From IMG/VR virus record IMGVR_UViG_3300021964_010723: a stretch of DNA of 64,000 nt; one strand, written 5' to 3'. A program made the translations under genes and the position numbers. Under the pieces are notes generated by a model. That model was not told where the DNA came from. It made no database searches and worked only from the letters and a program-made list of their open reading frames with translations. Numbering within the stretch: position 1 is the first letter of the stretch; every line of letters starts with the position of its first letter. Positions 20,858 through 30,853 of this stretch are shown piece by piece. This stretch comes from a virus. Its lineage: Duplodnaviria > Caudoviricetes.

Positions 20858-22264
20858 ATGACAAATATATCTAAAACATTTTGTGTTTTACCTTGGATAC
20901 ATTTAAGCAGTCGGCCAGATGGTAAAATGCGAACTTGTTGCACGTCTAACGCAAGTTCAGTGCAAAGTTCTGACAGTAGTAAGAAAATTGGAGGAGGAGA
21001 AGTAGGAGTAGTAAAAAATGACGACGGTATACCTGCAAATTTTAATCATACTTCTTTAGAAAATGCATGGAATTCTTCTTATATGCGTAATGTTAGAAAA
21101 AAAATGCTTGCAGGAGAAAAACCTGACAGTTGTTTGAAATGTTACAAAGAAGAAGATGCAGGACATTTAAGTAAAAGAAATTGGGAAACTGAATATTGGA
21201 GTCATAGATATGATATTGGCAAGCTAATCAAGGATACTAATGCTGACGGAACCATACCTACAAAAATTAGATATATTGATTTACGTATGGGTTCAAAATG
21301 TCAACTTGCTTGTGTTATGTGCTCTCCGCATGATAGCTCTGGATGGATAACTGATTGGCAATCAATATATCCTAAAATAGAAAATAAAAAATTAAAAAAT
21401 ACAAGTCAATGGAAAAATAAAGGACAAGTTCACGGCGCAAGTTATAATTGGCATAAAAACAATCCTAAATTTTGGAAAGAATTAATGGAACAAGTTCCTA
21501 ATATGTATCAGTTGTATTTTGCAGGGGGCGAAAGTTTAATAATTGATGAGCATTATGAGCTATTAGAAGAATGTATTAAAAGAAATTATGCAAAAAACAT
21601 TGAATTAAGATATAATTCTAATGCAGTAGAATGGAGAGAAGATTTATTTGATTTGTGGAAGGAATTCAAAAGAGTTAGATTTCATTATAGCATAGACGCA
21701 CATGGAGAGCAAAATGATTACATACGATTTCCTAGTAATTGGACGCATCAAGAGAAAGTGTTTCATTTATTAGATAATTCTCCAGATCAAGTTGAAGTTA
21801 CCACAGCTACTACAATATTAGCTTTAAATATTGCTTATATTCCAGAATTTGTAAAATGGAAAGTTTCTCAAGGATTTAAAAAAATCAATCAATGGCCATT
21901 AGGTGCAGGAGGAATAAATATGCATTTTGCTTATTGGCCTCCTCAATTAAATGTTAAAGTTTTACCAAAAAATATTAAAAAACAAATAACTGAAAAATAT
22001 GAGAAAGAATTTTATCCGTGGATAGATGAAAATTGGAATAAATTTACTGGAGTAGCAGAAAACAATATTTCTTATGATGAATTTCAAAATGCACCATACG
22101 GTAAAAAAAGATTCAAAGGAATTATAAATTTTATGAATGCTGAAGATTGGAGTGAAAGGCTACCTGAAACAAAAGAATATTTAAATTTAGTTAACGAACA
22201 AAGAGGATGGACTAACAAATTTTTACAAGTATTTCCTATTTTTGAGGAGATAATATATGGGTAA
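20858..22264 (+). CDS. Radical SAM protein with N-terminal twitch-like domain
   Basis: FCVLPW..TCC..CLKC, then CQLACVMC and AGGES. Confidence 0.85.
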   Translation: MTNISKTFCVLPWIHLSSRPDGKMRTCCTSNASSVQSSDSSKKIGGGEVGVVKNDDGIPANFNHTSLENAWNSSYMRNVRKKMLAGEKPDSCLKCYKEEDAGHLSKRNWETEYWSHRYDIGKLIKDTNADGTIPTKIRYIDLRMGSKCQLACVMCSPHDSSGWITDWQSIYPKIENKKLKNTSQWKNKGQVHGASYNWHKNNPKFWKELMEQVPNMYQLYFAGGESLIIDEHYELLEECIKRNYAKNIELRYNSNAVEWREDLFDLWKEFKRVRFHYSIDAHGEQNDYIRFPSNWTHQEKVFHLLDNSPDQVEVTTATTILALNIAYIPEFVKWKVSQGFKKINQWPLGAGGINMHFAYWPPQLNVKVLPKNIKKQITEKYEKEFYPWIDENWNKFTGVAENNISYDEFQNAPYGKKRFKGIINFMNAEDWSERLPETKEYLNLVNEQRGWTNKFLQVFPIFEEIIYG

Positions 22265-23435
22265 GGATATTTGCTCTGCAGTTCATCATGGTTTATGTAT
22301 CACTGCTTACGGCGCAGTAAATCCTTGTTGTGCTACAACACAAGATTTTTCTAATTTAGAAAATACTTCAAATCTTGTTGATTATTTTTATAATGATGTA
22401 GAATTAGAAAAAGCTAGGAAAATAGAAATCGAAACCGAAGAATGGTTAGAAGCTTGTAAAGGTTGCGAAATAAAATCAAAATCTGGGCTAGTATCTCGAA
22501 AAGATAAATTTTCTAATTGGTACAGATTCGTAAATCCTAAATGGACAGCAGAAAACAAACATGAGATACTTCATATGGATATAAGTTTTGGAAATTCTTG
22601 TAACCAAAAATGTATTATGTGCAATAGCAACTTTTCAAGTCAATGGTTAGATGATGATTTAGAAATGAAAGAAACTGCTCCATATATAAGGAATTGGAAT
22701 GGACTTAAATTAAAAAATTGGAGTTTGACATATGAGTATTTAGATCAAATTGCACTATTAGTAACAGATAAAACGCAAAAAATAGAAATTAAGGGCGGGG
22801 AACCTTTATATGATAAGAGATTTGAATATTTTGTATTAAAAGTTTTAGAGGTTAATGAGAATGTTATGTTTAATGTTAATACAAATGGTACACATTTTAG
22901 TATGAAAAATATAGAAATGCTGAATAAAATTAAAAATATTAACATTGATATTAGTTTTGACGGTATAAACAAAATATATGAATGGATAAGGGGGACTGAA
23001 TGGAAAAGGTCAGAAGAAAATTTCCAAACATACCTGCAACATTGTAAACATTCTTGCAACTTAAATTATACCACTAGTATGTATAATATAGATCATTTTG
23101 AAATTTTTTACAATTGGGCAGCAGATTTATCCGAAAAATATAAAAAAGCTGTTCCTTGTCTTTTTACCCAAGTAGTTATGACTCCATCTTTTCAACAAAT
23201 TATGTACGCTGATAAAAGAAGAATACATCAAGGCTTAGAGCAGATAGAGCGTATTAAATACGATCCTCGAGGAACGCAATCAAGTACTAATTTATTTAGA
23301 CCAAGATTAGAAATTATTCAAAAATATTTAGAAAATCAATTATCTAAAACTGCTGATATTAACATATTTGAAAAAGCACATAATCATTTTGTAAAAATTA
23401 GGGGCTGGGATATAAGAGATTATGTTAACTTGTAA
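22257..23435 (+). CDS. Radical SAM protein with N-terminal twitch-like domain
   Basis: C..PCC..CKGC, then CNQKCIMC and GGEP. Confidence 0.85.
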   Translation: MGKDICSAVHHGLCITAYGAVNPCCATTQDFSNLENTSNLVDYFYNDVELEKARKIEIETEEWLEACKGCEIKSKSGLVSRKDKFSNWYRFVNPKWTAENKHEILHMDISFGNSCNQKCIMCNSNFSSQWLDDDLEMKETAPYIRNWNGLKLKNWSLTYEYLDQIALLVTDKTQKIEIKGGEPLYDKRFEYFVLKVLEVNENVMFNVNTNGTHFSMKNIEMLNKIKNINIDISFDGINKIYEWIRGTEWKRSEENFQTYLQHCKHSCNLNYTTSMYNIDHFEIFYNWAADLSEKYKKAVPCLFTQVVMTPSFQQIMYADKRRIHQGLEQIERIKYDPRGTQSSTNLFRPRLEIIQKYLENQLSKTADINIFEKAHNHFVKIRGWDIRDYVNL

Positions 23436-24582
23436 GGTACCTTGGATCTCAATTACATTAAGCGGTAATGGAGACATTAAGCCGTGTTGTGTGTTTAAAG
23501 GAGGAGAGCATAGTATTCATAAAGGAGATACGCTTGACTCGACGTGGAAAGATTTTGATAAACTTCGTGAACAATTTATTAAAGGATATAAACCTGATAA
23601 ATGTAATCAATGTTGGAAAAGAGAAGAAACATTAGGATACAGTAGAAGAACATGGTATGATGATAAAATAAAAATTTGGCCAGAAACTTTTGATTTAAAT
23701 CCTACAATGGAATTACGACATATGGATTTAAATTTTGGAAATACTTGTAATTTAAAATGTCGTATGTGTGGTAGTTGGGGCAGTACTGCATGGTTTAAAG
23801 AAGAAGAAAAACTAATGTCTTGTAATCCTGCATTACAAAGAGGAGTATCAAATCTTAAACCTACAATAATACCTGCTGATTATTGGGCTGATAAAAAAAC
23901 GATGTTTCGATTTTTAGAACGAATAGATTTTAAGGGCGGAGAACCGATGATGCAAGAAGGTATGTATGATTTCCTTGAGTATCTTGTTTCATGGGGATAT
24001 GCATCTAACATAACTATTGCTTATACAACAAATGGTACTAAAACTCCTGAAAGGTTAAAAGAGCTTTGGCCAAAGTTTAAGAAAGTAAAATTAGTAATAA
24101 GTGTCGAAGCAACTGGTAAATTGTATGAATATATTAGAGGCGGCGACGTTCAATCTATAGATTCCTTAAAAGATAACATACATTGGTTTGATCAATTTAA
24201 TAATTTAAATGGTAGTTTTAACAGTGCTATACAAATTTATAATATATTTGCTTTACCAAAATTACTTGAATGGTTTAGAGATACTGTAAATGCTAGCAAA
24301 AAATGGCACACAGATCCAAATACTTTTAAATTTGATTGTTTAGTAGTTAATCCGCCGTATTTAGATATAAACATTATGCCAAACAGTTTAAAGAACAAAG
24401 CTATCTCAATAATAGAAGAAAAGAATTATAAAAGCCTTGGTGTTATAAAAAGTGCATTACAGAAAAAAAATACTTTTAATGATTATAACTGGAAATTGTT
24501 TATAGATTTTACCAAACAATTAGATAAAATGCGGCATACAGATATTAAAGAAGTTGTTCCTGAGTTACAGGAGTATTTTTAA
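23422..24582 (+). CDS. Radical SAM protein with N-terminal twitch-like domain
   Basis: CKVPW..PCC..CNQC, then CNLKCRMC and GGEP. Confidence 0.85.
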   Translation: MLTCKVPWISITLSGNGDIKPCCVFKGGEHSIHKGDTLDSTWKDFDKLREQFIKGYKPDKCNQCWKREETLGYSRRTWYDDKIKIWPETFDLNPTMELRHMDLNFGNTCNLKCRMCGSWGSTAWFKEEEKLMSCNPALQRGVSNLKPTIIPADYWADKKTMFRFLERIDFKGGEPMMQEGMYDFLEYLVSWGYASNITIAYTTNGTKTPERLKELWPKFKKVKLVISVEATGKLYEYIRGGDVQSIDSLKDNIHWFDQFNNLNGSFNSAIQIYNIFALPKLLEWFRDTVNASKKWHTDPNTFKFDCLVVNPPYLDINIMPNSLKNKAISIIEEKNYKSLGVIKSALQKKNTFNDYNWKLFIDFTKQLDKMRHTDIKEVVPELQEYF

Positions 24583-25796
24583 TGTTTACTTTGAAAAATA
24601 GCTGTGTTTATATGAATAATTTTCCTTTCATTAATAATAAAGGACAATTAAAGCTTTGTTGTAAAAATAATACGTATACAATGGAAGGAAATATCAAAAC
24701 TCATTCGTTAAAAGAAATGTATTTTAGTTCTTTATACAATGAGTTAAGGGATAAAATGTTAGCAGAAAAGGTTATAGAAGGATGTGATATTTGTTATTCA
24801 CAAGAAGCTCGTAACGAAGATAGTTTTAGAATTAGAGCTTTGACAAATATTACTAGAGAAGATAGAGATAAGATAGTTCCCTTTCCAAAAGTAAAGATAC
24901 AAAATTTAGATCTAAGGATAGGTTCTACTTGTAATTTAATGTGTTCAATGTGTCATCCTACAGATAGTAGTAAATGGTATGCAAATTATGAAACATTTGC
25001 AAAAGAAGTTCATAATAAAAGTGACAATCATGTGAACATTATTAAATCAACAAATATTCCAACTGATTTAAATTGGGCAACATATGACGAAAGTTGGGAT
25101 AATATTTTTAAAAGTATTGATGATGAATTAAATTTTGTTTACATTGCGGGAGGAGAGCCTTTTTATATTAAAAAATTTCCTGAGTATTTAACACATTTAA
25201 TTGAAAAATCTCCTAATGCAATAATTGAAATAAACACCAATTCAACTGCTGCTATTCCAGAAAAGTATTTAGATAAATTAAAAGGAAAGTTACAATTACG
25301 TATTAGTATAGATGGTTTTAGAAAAACAGAAGAATATCAACGTGCAGGTACAAATTGGAATGAGAAAATTAAGATAATTGATTCATATTCAAAATATTTT
25401 GAAATTAAATGTTTTGATATTACTCTAACAAGTTTTACTATTAGATCTTTGCCTTCTCTTGTAAGTTTTTTAGAAAATAGATATCCAAAAGTTCGTTTTT
25501 TATTTAGACCTGTTGTAAATAGGCAAGGTCAAGATATTAGAAGTGTACCTAAAAAATTTTTAAGTCATGTAAAAACATTTTGTAAGGAAAAACAAGAAAT
25601 AATTAATGAAAATAAGGAAATGCGCTGGCATTATAACAATATTAATCAAATTTTAAATTTTTTAAATCAAGATTATATTGATGAAAAAGAAACATTACAA
25701 AAACTTGTAAAATATTGGGATGATTTAACAGGAATACATTTTAAATCTTTTGATACAGAATTTGGAAATTGGATAAATGAAAACCATAGCAGTTGA
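24582..25796 (+). CDS. Radical SAM protein with N-terminal twitch-like domain
   Basis: C..LCC..CDIC, then CNLMCSMC and GGEP. Confidence 0.85.
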   Translation: MFTLKNSCVYMNNFPFINNKGQLKLCCKNNTYTMEGNIKTHSLKEMYFSSLYNELRDKMLAEKVIEGCDICYSQEARNEDSFRIRALTNITREDRDKIVPFPKVKIQNLDLRIGSTCNLMCSMCHPTDSSKWYANYETFAKEVHNKSDNHVNIIKSTNIPTDLNWATYDESWDNIFKSIDDELNFVYIAGGEPFYIKKFPEYLTHLIEKSPNAIIEINTNSTAAIPEKYLDKLKGKLQLRISIDGFRKTEEYQRAGTNWNEKIKIIDSYSKYFEIKCFDITLTSFTIRSLPSLVSFLENRYPKVRFLFRPVVNRQGQDIRSVPKKFLSHVKTFCKEKQEIINENKEMRWHYNNINQILNFLNQDYIDEKETLQKLVKYWDDLTGIHFKSFDTEFGNWINENHSS

Positions 25797-26523
25797 GCAT
25801 AGTAGTCCTAATCAAAGTAAAATTTTTAAAATAGAATGGAATTTAGGAAAACGTTGTAATTTTAATTGTAGCTATTGTGATGAATATACTCATGATAATT
25901 ATAGTAAGCATATACCTTTTGATATAGCAAAAAAAACTATAGATAAAATTATGGCTAAAACGCAAAATAAAAAAATTAAAATAAATTTAACAGGCGGAGA
26001 ACCTACGGTAAATCCTGATATTGAAGAAATAATTTCTTATATGTATGATAATAATATAGATATAGGAATAACAACAAATGGAAGTAGGAAGCTAAATTTT
26101 TATCAAAAAATACTGCCAAAATTAGCAAGCTTAATATTTAGTTATCATATGGAATATCATGCAAGAGAAGTCCTTCCGGAAAATATTGTTGAAATATATA
26201 ATCTTGCTCAACAACAAAAAAAATATATTCACGTGCATGTTCATATGATGATGCTACCTACAAAATTTGATGAAGCAATTAATGCGTTTGATTTTTTTAA
26301 ACAGAATTCAGTTCCTGTTGTCATGCGCCGAATTAGACCAGCTTACAAAAAGGATAATGATGCAATTTATGAAAATAAAAAACTTATAGCTGGTAATATT
26401 GCAAGGCCTTTTTATGACGGTGTTGTTACATTGAAAATGACCCCAAATGGACCAGATTATTCAGGTGCTGATGATTATTATAGTAATGATGAGATAACAT
26501 ATTTAGAAAATAACAATGTATAA
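25777..26523 (+). CDS. Radical SAM core domain (N-terminal half of a split gene)
   Basis: WNLGKRCNFNCSYC and GGEPT; aligns by eye with the N-terminal part of 36635..37750. Confidence 0.8.
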   Translation: MKTIAVEHSSPNQSKIFKIEWNLGKRCNFNCSYCDEYTHDNYSKHIPFDIAKKTIDKIMAKTQNKKIKINLTGGEPTVNPDIEEIISYMYDNNIDIGITTNGSRKLNFYQKILPKLASLIFSYHMEYHAREVLPENIVEIYNLAQQQKKYIHVHVHMMMLPTKFDEAINAFDFFKQNSVPVVMRRIRPAYKKDNDAIYENKKLIAGNIARPFYDGVVTLKMTPNGPDYSGADDYYSNDEITYLENNNV

Positions 26524-26905
26524 AATACTTAAAAATCAAAATAAAGCAGGTAGTTTTACGAATGTCGCTACTATAAGAAAAGATGGAAATGATATTTTTT
26601 ATGTAGAAGAAAATGTAAATGATATCACTGTAAGGCGAGAAAATCAGTATAAAGGTTGGTTGTGCTGGTCAGGTATCGAAAGTTTAATGATAGATGCAGA
26701 CGGAAATGTTTTTACTGCAACTTGTAGGACAAAAAAGTTAGGCAACATATATACCGAGTTTACTCTACCCGATGAACCCATTATATGTACAAAAAATTGG
26801 TGTGCTTGTGCAGCCGATTTAAATACAAGTAAAGCAATTGATATAGAATCAGCAAAATTATTAAGGAGGGCTAATAATGCATATTCTCGAACGTTGGGAA
26901 GCTAG
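26516..26905 (+). CDS. Stand-alone SPASM/twitch-like Fe-S domain (C-terminal half of a split gene)
   Basis: YKGWLCWSGIESL..DG..C...LGNI..ICTKNWCACAAD matches FKGWSCNAG..DG..SC..LGNI..C...C...AD at the end of 36635..37750. Confidence 0.7.
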   Translation: MYKILKNQNKAGSFTNVATIRKDGNDIFYVEENVNDITVRRENQYKGWLCWSGIESLMIDADGNVFTATCRTKKLGNIYTEFTLPDEPIICTKNWCACAADLNTSKAIDIESAKLLRRANNAYSRTLGS

Positions 26906-27482
26906 AAGAACAGAACGATGGTTTTCAGATACACCTATAGAAGAAGAAAAAATTAAAATATTATGTAATATTATACCGTGTATTCCCGCTCAACAAGGAG
27001 AAGCAGATCATTTTTGGTTTTGTATTTCACGTAAAGAAATAAGACTTAGAACTTTTATTTCCGTTAATGTCTTTCAAAATAATAACGAAGATGGAAATTT
27101 TGGTTTTGGATCTGTTTATTCAGCTCCTTTTATGTTTCTCTCATGTGATAATCAAGCCAGTAGTTGTAATAATGCTTGTTTAAATATAGGGCTGCATACA
27201 GGCGTATTGCTTTCTGTTGCGCTTGAGCTAGGTTTAGATGTTGCTACAATAGGATGCACGGCTGGTTTTAATATAGATAAAGTTTCAGAGTTTAATACAC
27301 TCATAAGGCAACGTAGATCTATACCCGGAGCTAAAGAATTATATCCTGTTACAGCAGTTTGTGTTGGTTATAAAGATAGGAAATATGCTAATAGAAATTA
27401 TATTCAGATACATGGAAAATATGTTGCAACACAGTTATCTAAGCCCTATCGAAGGAAACCTAACAATTTTATAGGAAAATAA
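26877..27482 (+). CDS. Nitroreductase-family protein
   Basis: RRTERWFSDTPIEEEKI (FMN-binding N-terminus), AL.LGL.VATIG, C-terminal VCVGY. Confidence 0.6.
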   Translation: MHILERWEARRTERWFSDTPIEEEKIKILCNIIPCIPAQQGEADHFWFCISRKEIRLRTFISVNVFQNNNEDGNFGFGSVYSAPFMFLSCDNQASSCNNACLNIGLHTGVLLSVALELGLDVATIGCTAGFNIDKVSEFNTLIRQRRSIPGAKELYPVTAVCVGYKDRKYANRNYIQIHGKYVATQLSKPYRRKPNNFIGK

Positions 27483-27483
27483 A

Positions 27484-28773
27484 ATGGATTATAAAGAAAA
27501 AGCATTGTCTAGTAGTACATTTTGTCTATTGCCTTTTATACATATGGCAACAAAAACTGACGGGGACTTAAAGTTATGTTGTAGAAGTTGGCCAATTGGT
27601 AATATATCTAAACAAAGTATAAAAAGTTTATGGAATGGTAATACATACAAAAGGGTAAGGATGCAAATGTTAAACAGTCAACGCCCTCCAGAATGTGATG
27701 CATGTTGGCGTCATGAAGACATAGGTGTCAGAAGTATGCGACAAAGATACAATAAATCAAGATCAGAGCAATACCTAAATACCTTAGATAATTTGTCAGA
27801 TAATTATACAATGCCTTTACAAATTCCTATAATAGAAGCCAAATTAAGTAACTTTTGTAATTTAAAATGTAGAATGTGTCATCCATTAGACAGTACAAGT
27901 TGGAGTAAGGATTGGAAAGCAATTGAGCATTTGATGAAGGATGCAAATGAAAGCACATATAAAAAAGTTATAGAATATGATTTAACAGAAAAACCTTATA
28001 TAAATGCTTATGAAAATAATAATGAATTTTGGAGTGAATTTAAAGAAATTGCTCCGTTTTTAGATAGGATAGAATTTGCAGGGGGAGAACCACTTATTGA
28101 TCCCGTGCATTATAAAATTTTACATATACTTAAAGATTATGGAGATAATATAGAAATTAAGTATTCTACAAATTTAACTAGATTGAATTACAAGAAAGAT
28201 GATGTAGAAGTGCTTTGGAATTACTTTAAATGTATTGATTTAAATATTAGTATTGACGGTATATATGATGTTTATAATTACATAAGACAGTTAGGTGATT
28301 ATAATATTGTAAAAGAAAATATAAAAAAAATATCTAATCATAAAAAATTGCGTTATATAGGCGCAGCTATTACTTTACAAATTTATAATAGTTTTCAAAT
28401 ACCTGCCATGTTTGACGAATTTGTAGAGGAATGTAATATTGACATACATACTCATAGAGTAAATTATCCTAAATTTTTAGATGCAAGGGTTATACCACAA
28501 GATATACGAAATAGTATTATAAAAGATCTAGAAAAATATATACATACTGTATCACAAAAAACCCATACAAATTGGACAAAAGAAAGGAAAAATAAGGCTA
28601 TATCTCATTTAGAGGACGCAATAGCTATGTTTAAAGGAGGAGATATGTCAGCGCAAATAAACAATTTTATAGAATTTAGCGATATATTAGATAAAAAACA
28701 AGAGGTTAAAAAGACGTGGAGAGAATTGCTGCCAATATTAGTAAAAGGTATTAATAAAAATGATCACAGCTAA
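27484..28773 (+). CDS. Radical SAM protein with N-terminal twitch-like domain
   Basis: FCLLPF..LCC..CDAC, then CNLKCRMC and GGEP. Confidence 0.85.
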   Translation: MDYKEKALSSSTFCLLPFIHMATKTDGDLKLCCRSWPIGNISKQSIKSLWNGNTYKRVRMQMLNSQRPPECDACWRHEDIGVRSMRQRYNKSRSEQYLNTLDNLSDNYTMPLQIPIIEAKLSNFCNLKCRMCHPLDSTSWSKDWKAIEHLMKDANESTYKKVIEYDLTEKPYINAYENNNEFWSEFKEIAPFLDRIEFAGGEPLIDPVHYKILHILKDYGDNIEIKYSTNLTRLNYKKDDVEVLWNYFKCIDLNISIDGIYDVYNYIRQLGDYNIVKENIKKISNHKKLRYIGAAITLQIYNSFQIPAMFDEFVEECNIDIHTHRVNYPKFLDARVIPQDIRNSIIKDLEKYIHTVSQKTHTNWTKERKNKAISHLEDAIAMFKGGDMSAQINNFIEFSDILDKKQEVKKTWRELLPILVKGINKNDHS

Positions 28774-30124
28774 ACAACAAAGAGAAATTTTGCAATTTGG
28801 TTCTGTTGCTGTAACCTATGTTGCAGAAAAAGAACATAGATACAGTGATAAAGTTTTTGCCAGACTTTGTAAAAATGTGGCAGAATATGATGTTATTCAT
28901 CTTATAAAAAATGGAATTGCAGCGTCTATAGAAAACAGTTTAGTAGATAGTCTAAAATTTGCAAAAGCATATGACAAAAAATTTCTTTTATATTGCCAAG
29001 TAGGAAATTTAATTATTTGGGAAGAGATTGCAGAGCATTTAAAAGAAATTTTATTATTAAATCCTACGGTAAAATTTATAGGACATATTTTACAGCATAA
29101 TAATAAAAGTTTTTATATTCATCCTCAATTTTTTTTAATAGATGTGAAATGGGCTATTAGTAACAAATGCGTTACCATTTGTAATGAGCATTCGGATATT
29201 AAGTGGGAAGGCCCGTTATTAAGCAGGAGTAAAGAAAATTTTCATGATAATTACACTCCTATTTGGGTGCAGGCTACAGGTAAATATAAAAATTTTGTTG
29301 GAAGAGGTAAAGGAGCAAATATTATTGATATATTGGCACGATCTGCTGCAGATTTTATGCCTTGGCAAGTGAATGTTAGAAAAAATAAAAAATTTTTGTA
29401 TCCTACAGTAAAACAAGAATTAATTAAACAAAAAAATGAGATTTTTGAGGAAATGTTGTTTACTAGACCGTATGTTGCTAATACAGAAAATATTACACCT
29501 AAAGCAATGTTATCAAACATAAATCCAAAAATAAAGTTTAATATATCTTTTTCTCCTGCTAGTGGAATATTTTGGTTTTTATTACCTTATTACTTAAAGG
29601 TCACGTCGTTTGTTTATGATTCGTCGCCATATGCACTACGTATGGTTGAAAAAATTAGAATGGATTGGAATGGTAGGAATTATAAAGAGTTTGTAATTAA
29701 AAATTTTTTAAACGAAAGTCCTAATATAGGTTTGTATGCCGCTCATACAGGACCATTTTTAGATCAAGCAAATGATCTGATTGATTCTTTAGGGGAGGAT
29801 TTTGTTAGATGGTGGCATAAAAATAATAAAGGTCCTTTACGACAAGTTAATTTATGTAATTTTTCTAATTTTCAAAGATTATTAGTAGATGATCATAAAA
29901 ATTTAAATGTTTTTTTTAATTTTTCTAATATTTTTCATTTTAGACCAGTAGCTGTTTTTAATAGTTTACAAGAAAGGGTTAATTTGCTGAAGGAGATAAG
30001 AAATTTTATGTTAGAAAATTATAAATTTGTACATTTTCTTGGTACATCTCCTATTGGAAAAGACAAGATAGATGGAGATATAATTGATGGAAAATTAGTT
30101 TGCCCCCTAAAATTATTCGAATAA
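28760..30124 (+). CDS. Hypothetical protein (possible transferase)
   Basis: 454 aa ORF overlapping the upstream gene; no confidently recognised motif. Confidence 0.55.
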   Translation: MITAKQQREILQFGSVAVTYVAEKEHRYSDKVFARLCKNVAEYDVIHLIKNGIAASIENSLVDSLKFAKAYDKKFLLYCQVGNLIIWEEIAEHLKEILLLNPTVKFIGHILQHNNKSFYIHPQFFLIDVKWAISNKCVTICNEHSDIKWEGPLLSRSKENFHDNYTPIWVQATGKYKNFVGRGKGANIIDILARSAADFMPWQVNVRKNKKFLYPTVKQELIKQKNEIFEEMLFTRPYVANTENITPKAMLSNINPKIKFNISFSPASGIFWFLLPYYLKVTSFVYDSSPYALRMVEKIRMDWNGRNYKEFVIKNFLNESPNIGLYAAHTGPFLDQANDLIDSLGEDFVRWWHKNNKGPLRQVNLCNFSNFQRLLVDDHKNLNVFFNFSNIFHFRPVAVFNSLQERVNLLKEIRNFMLENYKFVHFLGTSPIGKDKIDGDIIDGKLVCPLKLFE

Positions 30125-30133
30125 ATAAAATAT

Positions 30134-30853
30134 ATGGATAAAAATATAATAGATTTATTTGAAAAGAACAAATCAATTGGTCATTATTCTAAAGGTGTGC
30201 CTGCCTTGCCAAAAGAAATGATTCCTTGGCAAGGCAATTATGATCAAGCTGCAATGTGGATATTAAAAAATAGTTATCTACCTACTTTACTTTTAGATTT
30301 AGAAATCCCATTTAATGAAATGCTTGCAGAATCTGTAACCAATGACGAATATTACGTAAAACATAGAGGTAATAGATCACCTGGGTGGTATAGCATGGCC
30401 ATACATGGAACTGCAGTTAACCATACCCAACCTGCAGAATATTATTACAAAAAAAATAAACCTAAATATGATTGGACTGATTTAGCAGAAAAATGTCCTA
30501 TTACAAAAGATTGGTTAAAAAGTTTAGAATTTGAATCTTTTAGTAGGGTTAGATTTATGAAATTATCTCCAGGAGGATGGATAGAACCACATCAAGATAC
30601 ACATATTGCAGGAATTCAGGCATGGAATGTTGCTTTGAATCATCCCCCAGGACATGAATTTGTAATGGACAATTATGGATTGGTTCCTTGGCAAGAAGGG
30701 CAAGTTAGAGGAATAGATATTAGTTCTTTGCACAGTGTAAGAAATGTAGGAAAAAAGGATAGAATACATATAATTATTCATGGCAGTATTGGAGATAAAT
30801 TTAAAAAGATAATTTGTAAAAGTTATTTAGATCTGTATGAAAAAACCTATTGA
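30134..30853 (+). CDS. AspH-like 2OG-Fe(II) oxygenase
   Basis: RVRFMKLSPGGWIEPHQD (HxD), HSVRN, DRIHIII. Confidence 0.8.
   Translation: MDKNIIDLFEKNKSIGHYSKGVPALPKEMIPWQGNYDQAAMWILKNSYLPTLLLDLEIPFNEMLAESVTNDEYYVKHRGNRSPGWYSMAIHGTAVNHTQPAEYYYKKNKPKYDWTDLAEKCPITKDWLKSLEFESFSRVRFMKLSPGGWIEPHQDTHIAGIQAWNVALNHPPGHEFVMDNYGLVPWQEGQVRGIDISSLHSVRNVGKKDRIHIIIHGSIGDKFKKIICKSYLDLYEKTY

Noticed and set aside
26500-26540. Programmed frameshift fusing the split radical SAM halves
   Set aside because: No X XXY YYZ slippery heptamer or downstream stimulator at the overlap; the second ORF has its own coupled ATG.
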